From: Klebsormidium nitens
Taxonomy: Eukaryota; Plantae; Klebsormidiophyceae
Assembly (NCBI GenBank): GCA_000708835.1
Contig: DF237057.1
Location: forward strand, 124,001-188,000
Reading direction: 5' to 3'
DNA: 64,000 nt
The notes below the pieces were generated by a model. It was not told the origin of the DNA, searched no databases, and was given only the letters and a program-made list of their open reading frames with translations. Position numbers and translations under genes: made by a program. Below are positions 36,575 through 47,993 of the stretch, piece after piece. Each line of letters starts with the position of its first letter. Within the stretch, counting starts at the first letter, position 1.

Positions 36575-39500
36575 CTAGAACCTGAGGTTGATGGGTCTCG
36601 TCTTCTTGGCGTACTTCTCGTAGTTGATGAGCTTCTCTTGTCCCAAGATGCTGAGCTTGGTGAAATTGACAATGGCATCAACCTGGAGGAAGCATTGAGT
36701 GCCACCAAATCAGCCAGGCGCAGAATGAGCAAAACGATACGGAGTTGACTGATTATAGATGTCTTCAAGTTCTACGCTTCCGAAGTAGTGAATCGAGCAT
36801 CCAGGGTTTTGTCCCAGAAACTAATCGATCGTTGGATCAATTCGAACTCAAAAGCTCGCCCGGAACGGAAGGGGCCCGCATTTAACAACGAGCCCTTTGC
36901 ATGAAGTTGCCAAACAACCAACGACGATGCAATTCAGATGCCCGTCAGCGCACAACCAACCCCGTAGGCGTGGCATGATCGGCCCAGACTTTAATCCACA
37001 AAGAAGTTTCGACTTGCCTGGTAGTCGGTTTGGGAGACGGTTTGCCGGCTCTTCTGGTAGTCCTTGACAGCACGAGCGAGCCGCGAGTCTTTGGCCAACT
37101 CAGCCTCGGTGGCGGCTTGATCGGGGCCGAGACCGAGAGACAAAGCCACAACCTGCAACCAAACAGGGGCTTTAGTGGTTGGTATCGGTGTCTAGAACAG
37201 ATCTAGTAAGCTCAGCTTATAGTACTGGGACGGACGGGATTAGATAGTATGGGATTAGCGTTGGTACGGGTGCGGACACTCCAGGTTTAAGTTTTTAGTG
37301 TTACCTTCGTTCTTACCACAACTTGACCTTAATTTACGTTGTTCAGAGGACTATGTGGTTCGTTCAAGTGAAGGCGCCAGCGTCGGACAGGTGGGATTGA
37401 CCAGTGGGTCTAGAAGCGTGGTCAAGAAGCGGAAGGGGTTACGGCCTATGACGGTAGTGGCGGCCTTTTCTTTGCAGAGCTTGTCATTCCTGAAGCCAGA
37501 AATGTGCTCGATTGAATAGGACGTTGAGCTTAGCACTTTGTGGTGTTTGCAGGGCAGCGGAAACAACAGCTCTTTCAGCGACTATAACGGCGCAGTCTCA
37601 AACCATCAATCGCCCGAGTAAGCCCCTCACATATTTCGGGGTGAGCCCCGCCCTCTGGAACGTGTCCGCCCACGCCGAGAGCGGCGCGTCGGGGCCCGGA
37701 ATCCGCCCGGCGGGGGACGGTTCCGTTGCGTCCTTCCGCCCGAGCTTCTTGTCGAAGAAGCCCCACTGGCCCGCAGAGCCGAACGCGACCGCGAGCTGCG
37801 CGCCCTTCTTCTCGTCGCCGCCGGCCGTCTCGATGGCGCTGAACAAAAACTGGGTCTGGAGGGCAGCCTCGCCTGCGGGGAGAATTACCTTTTTCAGATC
37901 TTGAACCCAGAGCAGCAGTAATTTGGAGACGATTCTTGCAAGCGATTGCGGTATAAGTGAAAGACGAGTTGTCGGAAGCGCTCAGCAAAACTGCGTCCGG
38001 GAAGCGGCCTCGGCTGCGGAGAGAAATATACCCTTCTGAATCCTGATCGAGAGGAGCACTAACTTCAGAGAGACTCTTGACGGTGGTTGCAATATAAGCG
38101 AAAGGGACAGTCGTAGAAGCGCTAGCAAAAGTAGCGTCTGAGGGCGGCCTCGCCTGCGAGAAAAGAGAGTTGTCTTAAACCCTTTGGACTTCGTGAACGA
38201 TCGGAGACATCTTTCAAAATGTTTCAATTTTTAGTGGAGGAAGCCTGAACGGTGCTGAGCAGGAACAGCGTCCGGTGGGTGGCCTCGTATGCGATGAGAG
38301 TTAGCATTGCCAAACCCTTCAATAGCAACAAGTTGAGGAGATTCAAAGAAGAACGCGCAATACACGCTAGGGAGGAAGATGATATTGGGCGGCAAAATCT
38401 TTGTCCAAAGGGGGACCTTGCCTGCACAAGGAAGAGAGCTTTTGGAACCTGGAGTACGGATTCGAAGCGAGTGTGGATAGCTGCGAAGAAATAGGAACCG
38501 AATCAAAATTGAAGAAGTTGTGGAAGGATGTGGAAGACAAAATGGCAACATGGCTCGCCAAAAATATTGGTGGTACTGAGCCAGGACGGCTGCCTGAACG
38601 CGGTGTCGCTTGCCGAAAAAGGAAGGGCTTCCGAACTCGGAACGGTAAAATCAAAGCAGTTTCAGGAGAATAGCACAGAATGACTGGATTACGGCTAAGG
38701 TTTCGAAAAAAGCAGAATCATGGCTTGAGAAGAACTGAATTGGAAAAGGAGCTTTATGGTGCTCCCTAAAGAGCCCTCGGCATTTATGACTAAATCGTAG
38801 TTGAATTACCCCTAGACGCAGGCAGACCGCACGTAACACCATACCTGCCACGTAGATCAGATCGGCCCAGCCAACCGGCCCTTGCTCCCCAGCATCCGCA
38901 TCGAACTCCTCCTTTACTTTCTTCAGCTTGGCCACAATCGGCTTCAGCTTCTGGTTCTCGGGCCGGTTCAACTCCTCATCCAACACGATGGACCCGTTTG
39001 CGCCCCCGGTGTCAGACGCCTGCAAGATTACAAAAGTCCTTCTAGAAAAGTGGTTATTAGTACAACCTGCAAGCTCAGTTCGCTTCGAATGTTGCAGCGA
39101 GCATAGCTACAGAGGTGCTTGAGTAGGGGTTTGCTATAAGAACTACACCGTAGCCGGCTCAATTCACAGCAATGAGAAGCAAAGCGGCGGGGCAGCTCAC
39201 CTTGTCATACGTTCCGGCATCATGAAGCGCCAACGCAAGAATGTCATTGATGACCTTCGGGTCAGACTGCAGGTCAAGAAGAAGCCGTTTCGGGCAATGA
39301 GATCAAGCGCCGGGGAGGGCGGGCATGGAGAATAGGATCCAGAATTCCTGATCTCAGGATTGCAAGGCCACGTGGAACATTTCCGCCGGGCGCAATCTCC
39401 GCAATCTGAGCCCTGAACACTATATCGGACGGTCGCGATCGAATGAGCAGCTTCTACTGGGCATCCCGGACATTCGGCAAACGCGCAGACTGGCAAGCTA

Positions 39501-41847
39501 GGGGATGTATTACAGGCAGACTTCAACCCCCTACGCTAGCTTCCTCAGATCCGGAATGTCCTGAGATCGGGAACCTGAGATCAAGTTCTGGATCCTATTC
39601 TCCATACCCGCCCTCCCGGGTGGGGCTTTGGTTACCAACAATACATGTATTCGCTTTGATGCACATGCATGCAACAATTGCAGGATGTGTCAACTAGACG
39701 CTGCCTAATCTGACTTTCACACAATAGGAGTATCTTTTGACAGAACGTCGACGAAACCAACGAAATAGGCTTTCCGTATGTGTGATGGAACCAGCCAGGC
39801 ATGACTTGAGAGAAAAGGATCGGCGCTGGTGGGAGAAGATTCGAAGGCCTCACTTTGACGAACTGCTTGAGCTTCGTGCGCAACTTGACTGCACAATTGG
39901 AAGAATATGTTAATGAGGTGTCCTTCTCGCTATTATACCTCTTACAATAAGACCACTCTGCAATTGTGATCACCTTCGCAATGACAACAACAGTACTTGC
40001 TTAGTATACGAATATTGATCCGTCAAAAAACCATGTTAGCCATGAACCAACTGGTTGCAATCTTTAGTAACTTCAGCAGTACGTTAGCGATCAGTACAAC
40101 ACTTTCGATGTTAACTTCCACAGGTTTGAAATGATGCCTGCTTTGTTGACTCAAGAGGGATGTTTGGGAGCTTCACTGCACCAGCTTGCACTTTCGCTGA
40201 CAATAAAACGTGATTATAAGGATCAGGCCCACAGTGCCGTCTAGTGAACTAACATTTCCTGGTTGTTAGAACTGAGCACAGAGAATAGGCCCCTTGGAGT
40301 CTCACCAAGGTACTCCCCTCGCTGGATCCTCTCTGTCAAGTTGGCAGCTTGTGCAGACTCCGGGACCACAATTTGGGGCAGAACAGCCGCCTGTGGGGAC
40401 AAGAACTTAAGGGATTGGCACAACTTCAAAAAGTCCGTGACTTTTCACAAGTACCCGGATGCCTTCTTGTGTTGCCCCGTTTGGCACACGACATCTACAT
40501 ATCTCAAGTTTGCTTGAAAAGTTATAAGACAGAAAGAAGGTCAAGGGTAAACCTCTTGGCGAACATTTTCAATTCCCAGGCCCTTGGACCGTGCTTAAAA
40601 TAGTGATAAGGCAACCATGGAGCAAGGAGGTAGAACTGTCTTACAGCAGCCGCAGCGGCAGAGGCCCCTAGTAGAAGATGCCTCCTGCTGCCTGCAACTT
40701 GACTGTTGCCTTCTGCTCCAACTTGGCAGCGTGCCCTGGGAACCTGGAAAAGAAGCAGGGGATTTGTATTGATTCACAAGTCGGCTCTTAAAATTTATGC
40801 CCAAAAATGTAAGACCTTTTGACCAGAATGCAAAACTTTGGTTTCCTTATTGTGCAACCAGAACTTCGACACTTCTCCAGCCCAGTACAGCCCCAGGTCT
40901 ACTTTGGATATCCAGGTATGCATTTGAATGGAGAATGGAGCACAAGGCCTCTTGCACAGAGCTCGTCAAGCAACGTTTATCAAAAGCCCCAATAGTCCTC
41001 TGCATCATGTCACTCTCTCCTTTTCTATAATCCGCAACAGTCGCTAGTCGTTTGATTAAGCAGCCACAAAGACCACTCCTAACTTGCCCAAGAAGCCCGG
41101 CGAAATGCGGCAACTGCCATTTATGCTTCTCATCTTTTATCAAGAATAAAACATTCTTGGCCTCCAAAGTGCATGTGGTGCTGTTACTTGTTTGCGCCAG
41201 CATTCCACTTGCTACTGGAAGTGATACATTACTGTGCAATCCTCACCCCGCACGAAACAGAGAAGCAAAATCGCACTTCAATATATGCAAAGCTGTTCCT
41301 GATAATCACTTGCAGCTGTTTGTGAGGATGAATTCCATAATTCATTGTTGGTCAGAATGTCATTCAACATGCATTAGCCCCTTGCATCAGCTTTCCAAGC
41401 AAGCTCTTTGCTGTGCTCAACGAGTCTGCACAACTATCAGCATAGGAGACCTGATTGCTGTGCAGCCTCCTGCACCGCTTGAAAGACATTCCAACGACTT
41501 CAAGCCGTGCATGCGGCAGGCGTTAAAATCTGGTTTCTCGAACGACACTCCTGGCTGAGTGCAAAGCCTTCACCTGTCACTCCAACCAACAATATCCACC
41601 TTACCACTCCCAATTTGCGTGCATGCAGCTGCAAGAAGTTTCTAAGCAGAATCCTGTCAGCAAATATGGATTGAAGACACAACTCTTAGCTTCATCACCG
41701 CACCTTCGCAACATTCTTCCTGTTCAAGGCTGGAAGTGGCACAGCAGCCCCTAAAACAGAGCTGGAGCTGCTCCTCAGCTTTTGTCCCTGGAACAGACTG
41801 GAAGACAAGGGAGTGGTGGCACGGGAGAGGGCTGCGGTGGTCGCCAT
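36575..41847 (-). CDS. TL29: Thylakoid lumenal 29 kDa protein / ascorbate-peroxidase-like (TL29, APX4); 9 exons, 362 aa
   Basis: Exons (minus): 41847-41704, 40743-40645, 40390-40306, 39888-39854, 39266-39201, 39019-38845, 37872-37631, 37152-37018, 36682-36575; phases compatible. Bipartite transit peptide with twin-Arg (SRRHLLLGA..AQA). TL29-type motifs ALHDAGTYDK, GGANGSI, GSAGQWGFFD, GPDQAATE, SRQTVSQTDYQVD, FTKLS. Intron 8 is GC-AG. Confidence 0.92.
37873..38300 (-). repeat. Three decayed copies of the TL29 exon-7 acceptor junction
   Basis: Minus-strand CGCAG|GCGAGGC-like starts at 38013, 38153 and about 38288 (AG mutated to AT), versus the real exon at 37872. Unit about 140 bp. Confidence 0.8.
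39310..39619. mobile_element. MITE-like foldback element (about 310 bp) in TL29 intron 4
   Basis: GGGAGGGCGGGCATGGAGAATAGGATCCAGAA (39313-39344) versus TTCTGGATCCTATTCTCCATACCCGCCCTCCC (39586-39617) is a 31/32 inverted match. It extends inward through CCTGATCTCAGGA / TCCTGAGATC. No TSD recognised. Confidence 0.75.
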
Positions 41848-41939
41848 TTTGCCAATGCACTGCCGCTGTGCTGAAGCAATCCAGGCAATGAGCAGAGGAA
41901 AGATGGAGCAATGTGCAGAGAATCCTTTGGGCTCTGTTT

Positions 41940-42045
41940 NNNNNNNNNNNNNNNNNNNNNNNNNNNNNNNNNNNNNNNNNNNNNNNNNNNNNNNNNNNNN
42001 NNNNNNNNNNNNNNNNNNNNNNNNNNNNNNNNNNNNNNNNNNNNN
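41940..42045. other. Assembly gap (106 N) in the short divergent TL29/CCCH intergenic region
   Basis: Run of N; the true length is unknown. Confidence 1.
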
Positions 42046-42289
42046 TTGTTGTTCTATCCACGATCGACGGTCTTTGGTGCAGGCAAAGAATACTGATTGT
42101 CGACCGTTGATCGTGCAGTTGAATCGAGGGCTCGGAGTCACTCGGAGCTGACAGCGTAGCTTCTTTCCGCCCGTTTCTAAACCGGAAGCCGGAACCAAGT
42201 GCCGGACGGAACTGGCGGAACTCTGCAGCGGCGAATTCTCTCTGCTCCACCAGTGCACTGCTGGTGGTTGCTCATTTATTGCTTGTAAA

Positions 42290-45200
42290 ATGGCGGCGCC
42301 TGGCGGCCCTCCAGCCTTCAGAGGTCCCCCTCCAGGTGCAATGGAAGGTGGAGCGAGGCCACCCCCGGCAGGAATGCAGAGTGGCGGCCTGCCCCCAAAC
42401 GGGCCGTACGGGAGAATTCCCAGTTTTGGAAGCGAGGGCGAACCCCCGATGAAGAGGATGCGGGATGGGAATGGGCCGCCACAGCCGATGTGGGGGGGTC
42501 CCGGTGGCCCTGGGCCGCGGCCCCCAATGCAGGATCCCGGGAAGGACCGAAGCATGGCGTCGGTGTTCTACAAGACGAGGATGTGCAAGAACTTGGCGTT
42601 TCCGGGGGGGTGTCCATACCACGAGAAGTGCAACTATGCGCACTCAGAGGAGGAGCTGCGAACGCTGCCGCCAGAGTATGCTGGTGAGTTACGAGCAGCA
42701 TGTCGGCGGCTTATGTCTCTGCCACCAATCTGTTTGTTTCCTGCGGTGGTACTTTCATTAAATTGCGCCTGCCTTGCTTCGTTGTGTCCAATTGATCTCA
42801 GGTGCCACTGCATCGTCGCTGCCAAAAAATGAAGAGGTTCTGGAAGAGGCGTCATTCAAATCGCGTCAGTTCAGACTGACACGTTTGGCTGCAGACAATA
42901 CCGGTATATTGCCAAGCTAACGGGAAAAGGCATATGTTGAGATGGTGTGCAGAAGCGGCAAACGGGTCATGTTAAACTCCGTTCGCTTTGATAGCTTTGT
43001 GAAGCAAGACCCTTCGGAAGCACTGCAGCAGCTTGTCAATGGAGCACCCAGCAACTGTTTTAGCCCTATAATGCAAATGGAGGGTACTCTCATTTTCAGA
43101 GAGTGTGTTGCCTGACTTGTCCTCAGAGCTTGCTCAGGGTAAAGTTGTGCAGCTGCGACGAATTTAAGGGCGGGAAGGAGTGAACTGTCCAATCACTTCT
43201 CCTAGGATCAGTTTGGGCCAACTATCAATCAAAGTTTTGCCACCACACACCTTAGAATCTAGCGTTTTCTCGACTATATTTATTACCCCATGTCCTAACT
43301 CAAGTAAGACAAGTCAAGAAAGGTATATTTTGCTCTGCCCCACTTCAGACAGGGAGGACTCATTCCCACCGCCCCGTCCTGCAGCCGCCGTAGAGGGCGA
43401 GGCAATCGAGGTTAAAAAGCACCGTCCGTGCAAGATGTTCTTCGCGACGGGCGCCTGCCAATACGGCGACAAGTGTTACTTCTCTCACGACGACACTCTG
43501 CGCCCCCCTCCAGATGGCCCTCCCGAGCGCCCCCCGCTGCAAGGGCCGCCTCCCGGGGGGGCAAATTTCGAGCCAGACGGACCCCCCGGGCCAGGACCGG
43601 GCCCGCCGCACGAGGGTTTCGGGGGGTTTGGGGGGCCGCCGACGAGGCCGCCACCCGCGACACCGAAACCGCCGAACTGGAAGACGAAGATCTGCACCTC
43701 CTGGGATCGGCACGGGAGTTGCAGTTACGGGGATCGATGCGGGTTTGCTCACGGGCCGCACGGTAAGGGATTGAATACCCATTAATTTGCTGACAGGCCT
43801 TTGGATATCATTCATTTACTTAATCTAGCAACTCCGAGGCAGATGGTCTGAGAAGTGAAATATTTAGAGAGCTGAGCGTTCAAAGAATAAAAAGTATGAG
43901 GGCGGTGATGTTCTTTCCATGGGCCGTCTTACACACTGATTAGATGTGTTTCAAGCAGAATTGAAAAACCGAAACATCGCTTCAAGGATTGCATTAGCGC
44001 GCCATTGGCCAGTCTTTGCAAATTTTGAGGTATTTCGCTGGATGCTCGTTCTTATCTTCCCCTGTCACCTCGGAGATGGGGTACGAAGCACCGCCAAACA
44101 CGTAGAAGATTCTTTGCTGCCGTCTCCTCAACACGCTTCGCTTGGACACTGTCATTGTGTGACCGACCTTACGGAACGAATCATCAATCACCATAAAGCA
44201 TCTTGTTGACACCACGTTCTTTTTCGCAGAAAAGTTCAAGTCCTATGAACGAGAAGCCTTTTGAGTTGTGTCAAGCGTGAAAACGGGTGGAGTTGCCCCG
44301 GGGTTTAGGGCGGGTTCGGTTTTGGAGCGCATGCAAATTTCCGGTTAGGGTCTTTGTTTCAATTCTCCCTTCTTGTACATGTAATTTTTTATTCGTTGAA
44401 TGAAGACTTTTTCCTTGCAGAGCTGAGAGCTTACGGTCCTGTGGTTGAGGATGCGATCAAGCCTGGTCCAGGCCCGGCGTTTCATGGTGGGGGGCCGCCT
44501 TTTCCTGGCGGTGGACCCCCCCCTTTCGGTGGCCCGCCTGGGCCGAGGCCGAACGGCTTTCCGCAGGAAGAGCCAGGTGCGTTGGGTTGCTTTTGGTGGC
44601 AGTTGTTCTCCCGGTAACTCTCCAGAATAGTCTTAGTATGCTCAAGTCAAAGTAGGAACGAAGCGAACACTAAAACACAAACTCGTCAGTCACCGGCTTC
44701 TCACTCATGACCACCCTAACCACCTTCCTAACCCTACCCGTTCCAGTACTATGGTTTGACCTTTTCTAGAGACCCATACTTTTTCGGCTGCCGATATTAA
44801 TCGATAGACTGACTTGAGTTTCGTAAATGCTCTGGGGGTTCTTCTAGTGCATATTTAAACTGTCTTAGGAGCGTTTCCTTTCGTTGCTTGTCTCCTGTGA
44901 ACTTTCGATGGTCACAGTCCTTGCATAGCAGAAGGAATAACATCGAAGAGCCGTCCTTATGACGACTTCAAACTTGAGGCACATATTCGTCGTAAAGGAG
45001 ACCTCATACTGAGAACGACAAAATGCGGAAGGAGCGCTGTCCCCATCTCCAAGTGCAAATCTTGCGTACGCTGAAAGATTTTGCATTTCAAACCCGGATG
45101 TCAGTTGACGGGTATTGCAAAAAAAAGCCCTCCGGTAGATCTGATTGTAAGCTCTTGACACTCTTTAGGTGCTCGCTCTGCCCAGGTCTGGTTTGGATCT

Positions 45201-46191
45201 CGCAACTCGGGTAGCAAATTGCAATGGTATGTCCAGCGCAGTAAGCCTCTAAGCCTCTAACCCGAAACCACTACTAGAGTAGTATGGACACCCAACTACC
45301 AATCGTCGCCTTTCCCCCTCCTCCCAGACAAAGCCCTGGCTCTAGCCTCACGCAAGGACACTTGTCAAGATTGACGCTAAGGTTTCATCAGCTCTCGAAA
45401 GCACCCCGCTTTCACTCTGCCCCCCAAGGGAATGAACTGCCTCTCGCCTCCGGAAAGGTTCCGCTTGCCTGTTAGTCTTTAACCAGCTCCCCTACATAGT
45501 CCGACCGAACTCGGACGATAACCTTCTGCAGGCAGAAACCCGGTTTTCTGACCCCTGATCCGACTTCAAGAGTGTCAAAGCAGCGTTCCCTCAAACTCCA
45601 CTTACGCTTTTGACACCGTTTGCTTCAGGCAAGGACTCGGGCCTGGGCCCCGGCATGGACTCTGCCCGATCCGACGGCTCCAACGGCGCCTTCGAATCCG
45701 GTCCGCTCGTCCTGACCGTCGATCTAGACCTCATCCACGGCGACTCCATCTTTGAAGAAGACCTGGAAGACGAATCCTTCAAACCGGGCGACCCCGGGGA
45801 AAAGAACGCCCGCCCGGGGGGCGAAAACGAGCCCGGCCCGACCCCCTCGAACCAGAACCGGCCGCCGGACATGCCGCGCCGCGACGGGTTTGACGGGTTT
45901 AGGGGCCCACCCGACGGGATGCCCCCCGGGCCGTGGATGCACCGGCCGCCATTCTTCCGGGGGGGTCCCGGCTGGGGCGAAGGCCCCCCCCGAGGATTTC
46001 CGCCGTTTGGGCCGAGAGGCCCCGGGTTCCATTTCGGGGGGCCCGGAGACTTTGGCCCGCCGCCGGAGGCGTTTTACGGGGGGTTCGGACCGAGGGGACC
46101 GCCGCCGAACTTTGAGGGGGGGCCGCCAAGGGGATGGGGTGCTCGGGGGAGGGGCCCTGGGCAATTTGAGATGGAGCAACCGGCGGGGTGA
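42290..46191 (+). CDS. Triple CCCH zinc-finger putative RNA-binding protein with Gly/Pro-rich low-complexity regions; 4 exons, 508 aa
   Basis: Exons 42290-42683, 43349-43762, 44421-44576, 45629-46191, all phase-1 GT-AG introns. Fingers: FYKTRMCKNLAFPGGCPYHEKCNYAHSEEELR, CKMFFATGACQYGDKCYFSH, NWKTKICTSWDRHGSCSYGDRCGFAHGPHELR. The arrangement resembles the plant C3H12/C3H28/C3H39 group (recall). Confidence 0.9.
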
Positions 46192-47993
46192 AGTTGCATG
46201 GGGAGCATGGATTTCAGATTTGATTGTTTGCAATGAAACGCTTTATGGGGCGATCCGGAACGGGATTGGAGAGCGTTGGGGGGGAATCCTGATAGCGGTA
46301 TCCAGTGTGCACTGAAGCTTCAAGGTTCGTGGGATCTCGCAGGAGACCTGAAGAGACGCGCAAGAGTACCGTAGAGTGGACGTTGTAGGGACGCTCTCGA
46401 AATTCGTGCAAGTCAGTCTACACCACACCTGTTTCATTAAGTTCTGTGTCACTGAAATATCTCATTACATAGTGAACGTCGGTACTGCATGCTGCTACTC
46501 TGCCAATCTGGTTCAATCATGCATATCTATGCGCGTCCGCGCGCTGACCGCAGTTGGTCGTTTTGGGACACGTTTACATATGGGCAGCCCGTACGGGACC
46601 TGCTTTCGAGCACTGCATACCCGGCGAGTTGTTTAGATTATGACGCGTGACAAGAACGCCTGCCAACTATCACTATCTATGTCGCGCTCGCGCCGCCGCT
46701 TCAGGCTGATACAGGCAATTCGTGCAGATTGGTTGACGTTTGGAACTTAGTCTGTCGCATAGCCCGGCACGCGCGATCCATGCGTACAAGCACTTTTTTT
46801 GGGGTACTCTTTGATATGGGCCTAGCCATGCTTTCAATGCAAAGAGTCATGCAGCAAAGTGTCTGCTCCACATGCATGAGGTAAAATAGCCTCTCCGCCC
46901 GCACGGCTATGCTTTCAGATGCGGCCGCCAACATGCTGCGACTTGGAATGATTGAAAGACTCACCTGACGGTATATCACCTCAATTTGCTTAAAGATCCG
47001 ATCGCAATTCGGAGGACCTGTCCTACCTCAGGCGACCAGATTACCACCCATCAGGGCCAGCTTGGTCGCCGAGACAACTTTGAAGACGGATTTTGAGCCG
47101 TCAAAAGCAGATGTTCCCACAGCACTTAGATGCACGAGTTCACCTTGATCTGACGCTCTCTTTAACGCCTGTATTGCTTAGTGGGCGAGTCGCAATCGAC
47201 ATCGTCACCGCACTCCATGCAATTCTTCAAGGGCAGCGGCTGCGCTCTTGAACCTTGCGTTCGCAACTTTCAAAGATCGAGGCGCTGGCTAGCTGAGACC
47301 GACTCGTGTATGCGCGCGAGCGGAGGTGACGATGCCTTGTCCGTATAGTTCCAAGGACAGACCAACGCATCGGATCATCAGCCGGGCTATGAAAGGAAAT
47401 TCATCAGCGGACTCGTGTGATAGTCTGCCATTGACCGAGTCTCGCTTGAAGCGGAGACACTTGAAGTCCGGCAGGTTTGCTTCGAATATGCTGTAATAAA
47501 GATTAGTGTGCGGTGCCGGTCTGTCGTTGGGTGCATGTCTCATGCACGTTACGGTTCGCAATCTTTCATGCAATGCAAGGAAGCCAACAGAATGCTTAGA
47601 CGCACACGTGCCCACCTCAACAATAACGCAGAAATCAAGACGACCTGGGCCGGGGCAGCTTTTCGCGATTCTGAAACGACCATTTTCCCCTAAAAAGACC
47701 GGATTGTCCTCCTTGAGATTCAAAACCACATTTTTAAAAGTAGGAATGCTCCTTTCGTGCCGGATAACCTGGAGCAGCGACACCTCAAAGCAGCGCAGTT
47801 GCATGGCTGCAGATTAGGGAAAAAGTCCAAGCGGCGCTTCTTCTCCACCGATACAAGCACCTTTTCAGTAGGCACTTTCGACGCTCAGAAAACGTCGTCT
47901 TTCCGCACCCGCTCCTTCCCATGAGAGCACCATTCCTCTATACGCAAAGTAGCATCAAAGCTTTATCTCTTAGGGGAAAATATACCTGAAGCG

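Noticed and set aside
47289-47804. 171-aa minus-strand ORF between the CCCH and GST genes
   Set aside because: Non-ATG start, no recognisable motif, no splice support, and it lacks the GC3 bias of the real genes.
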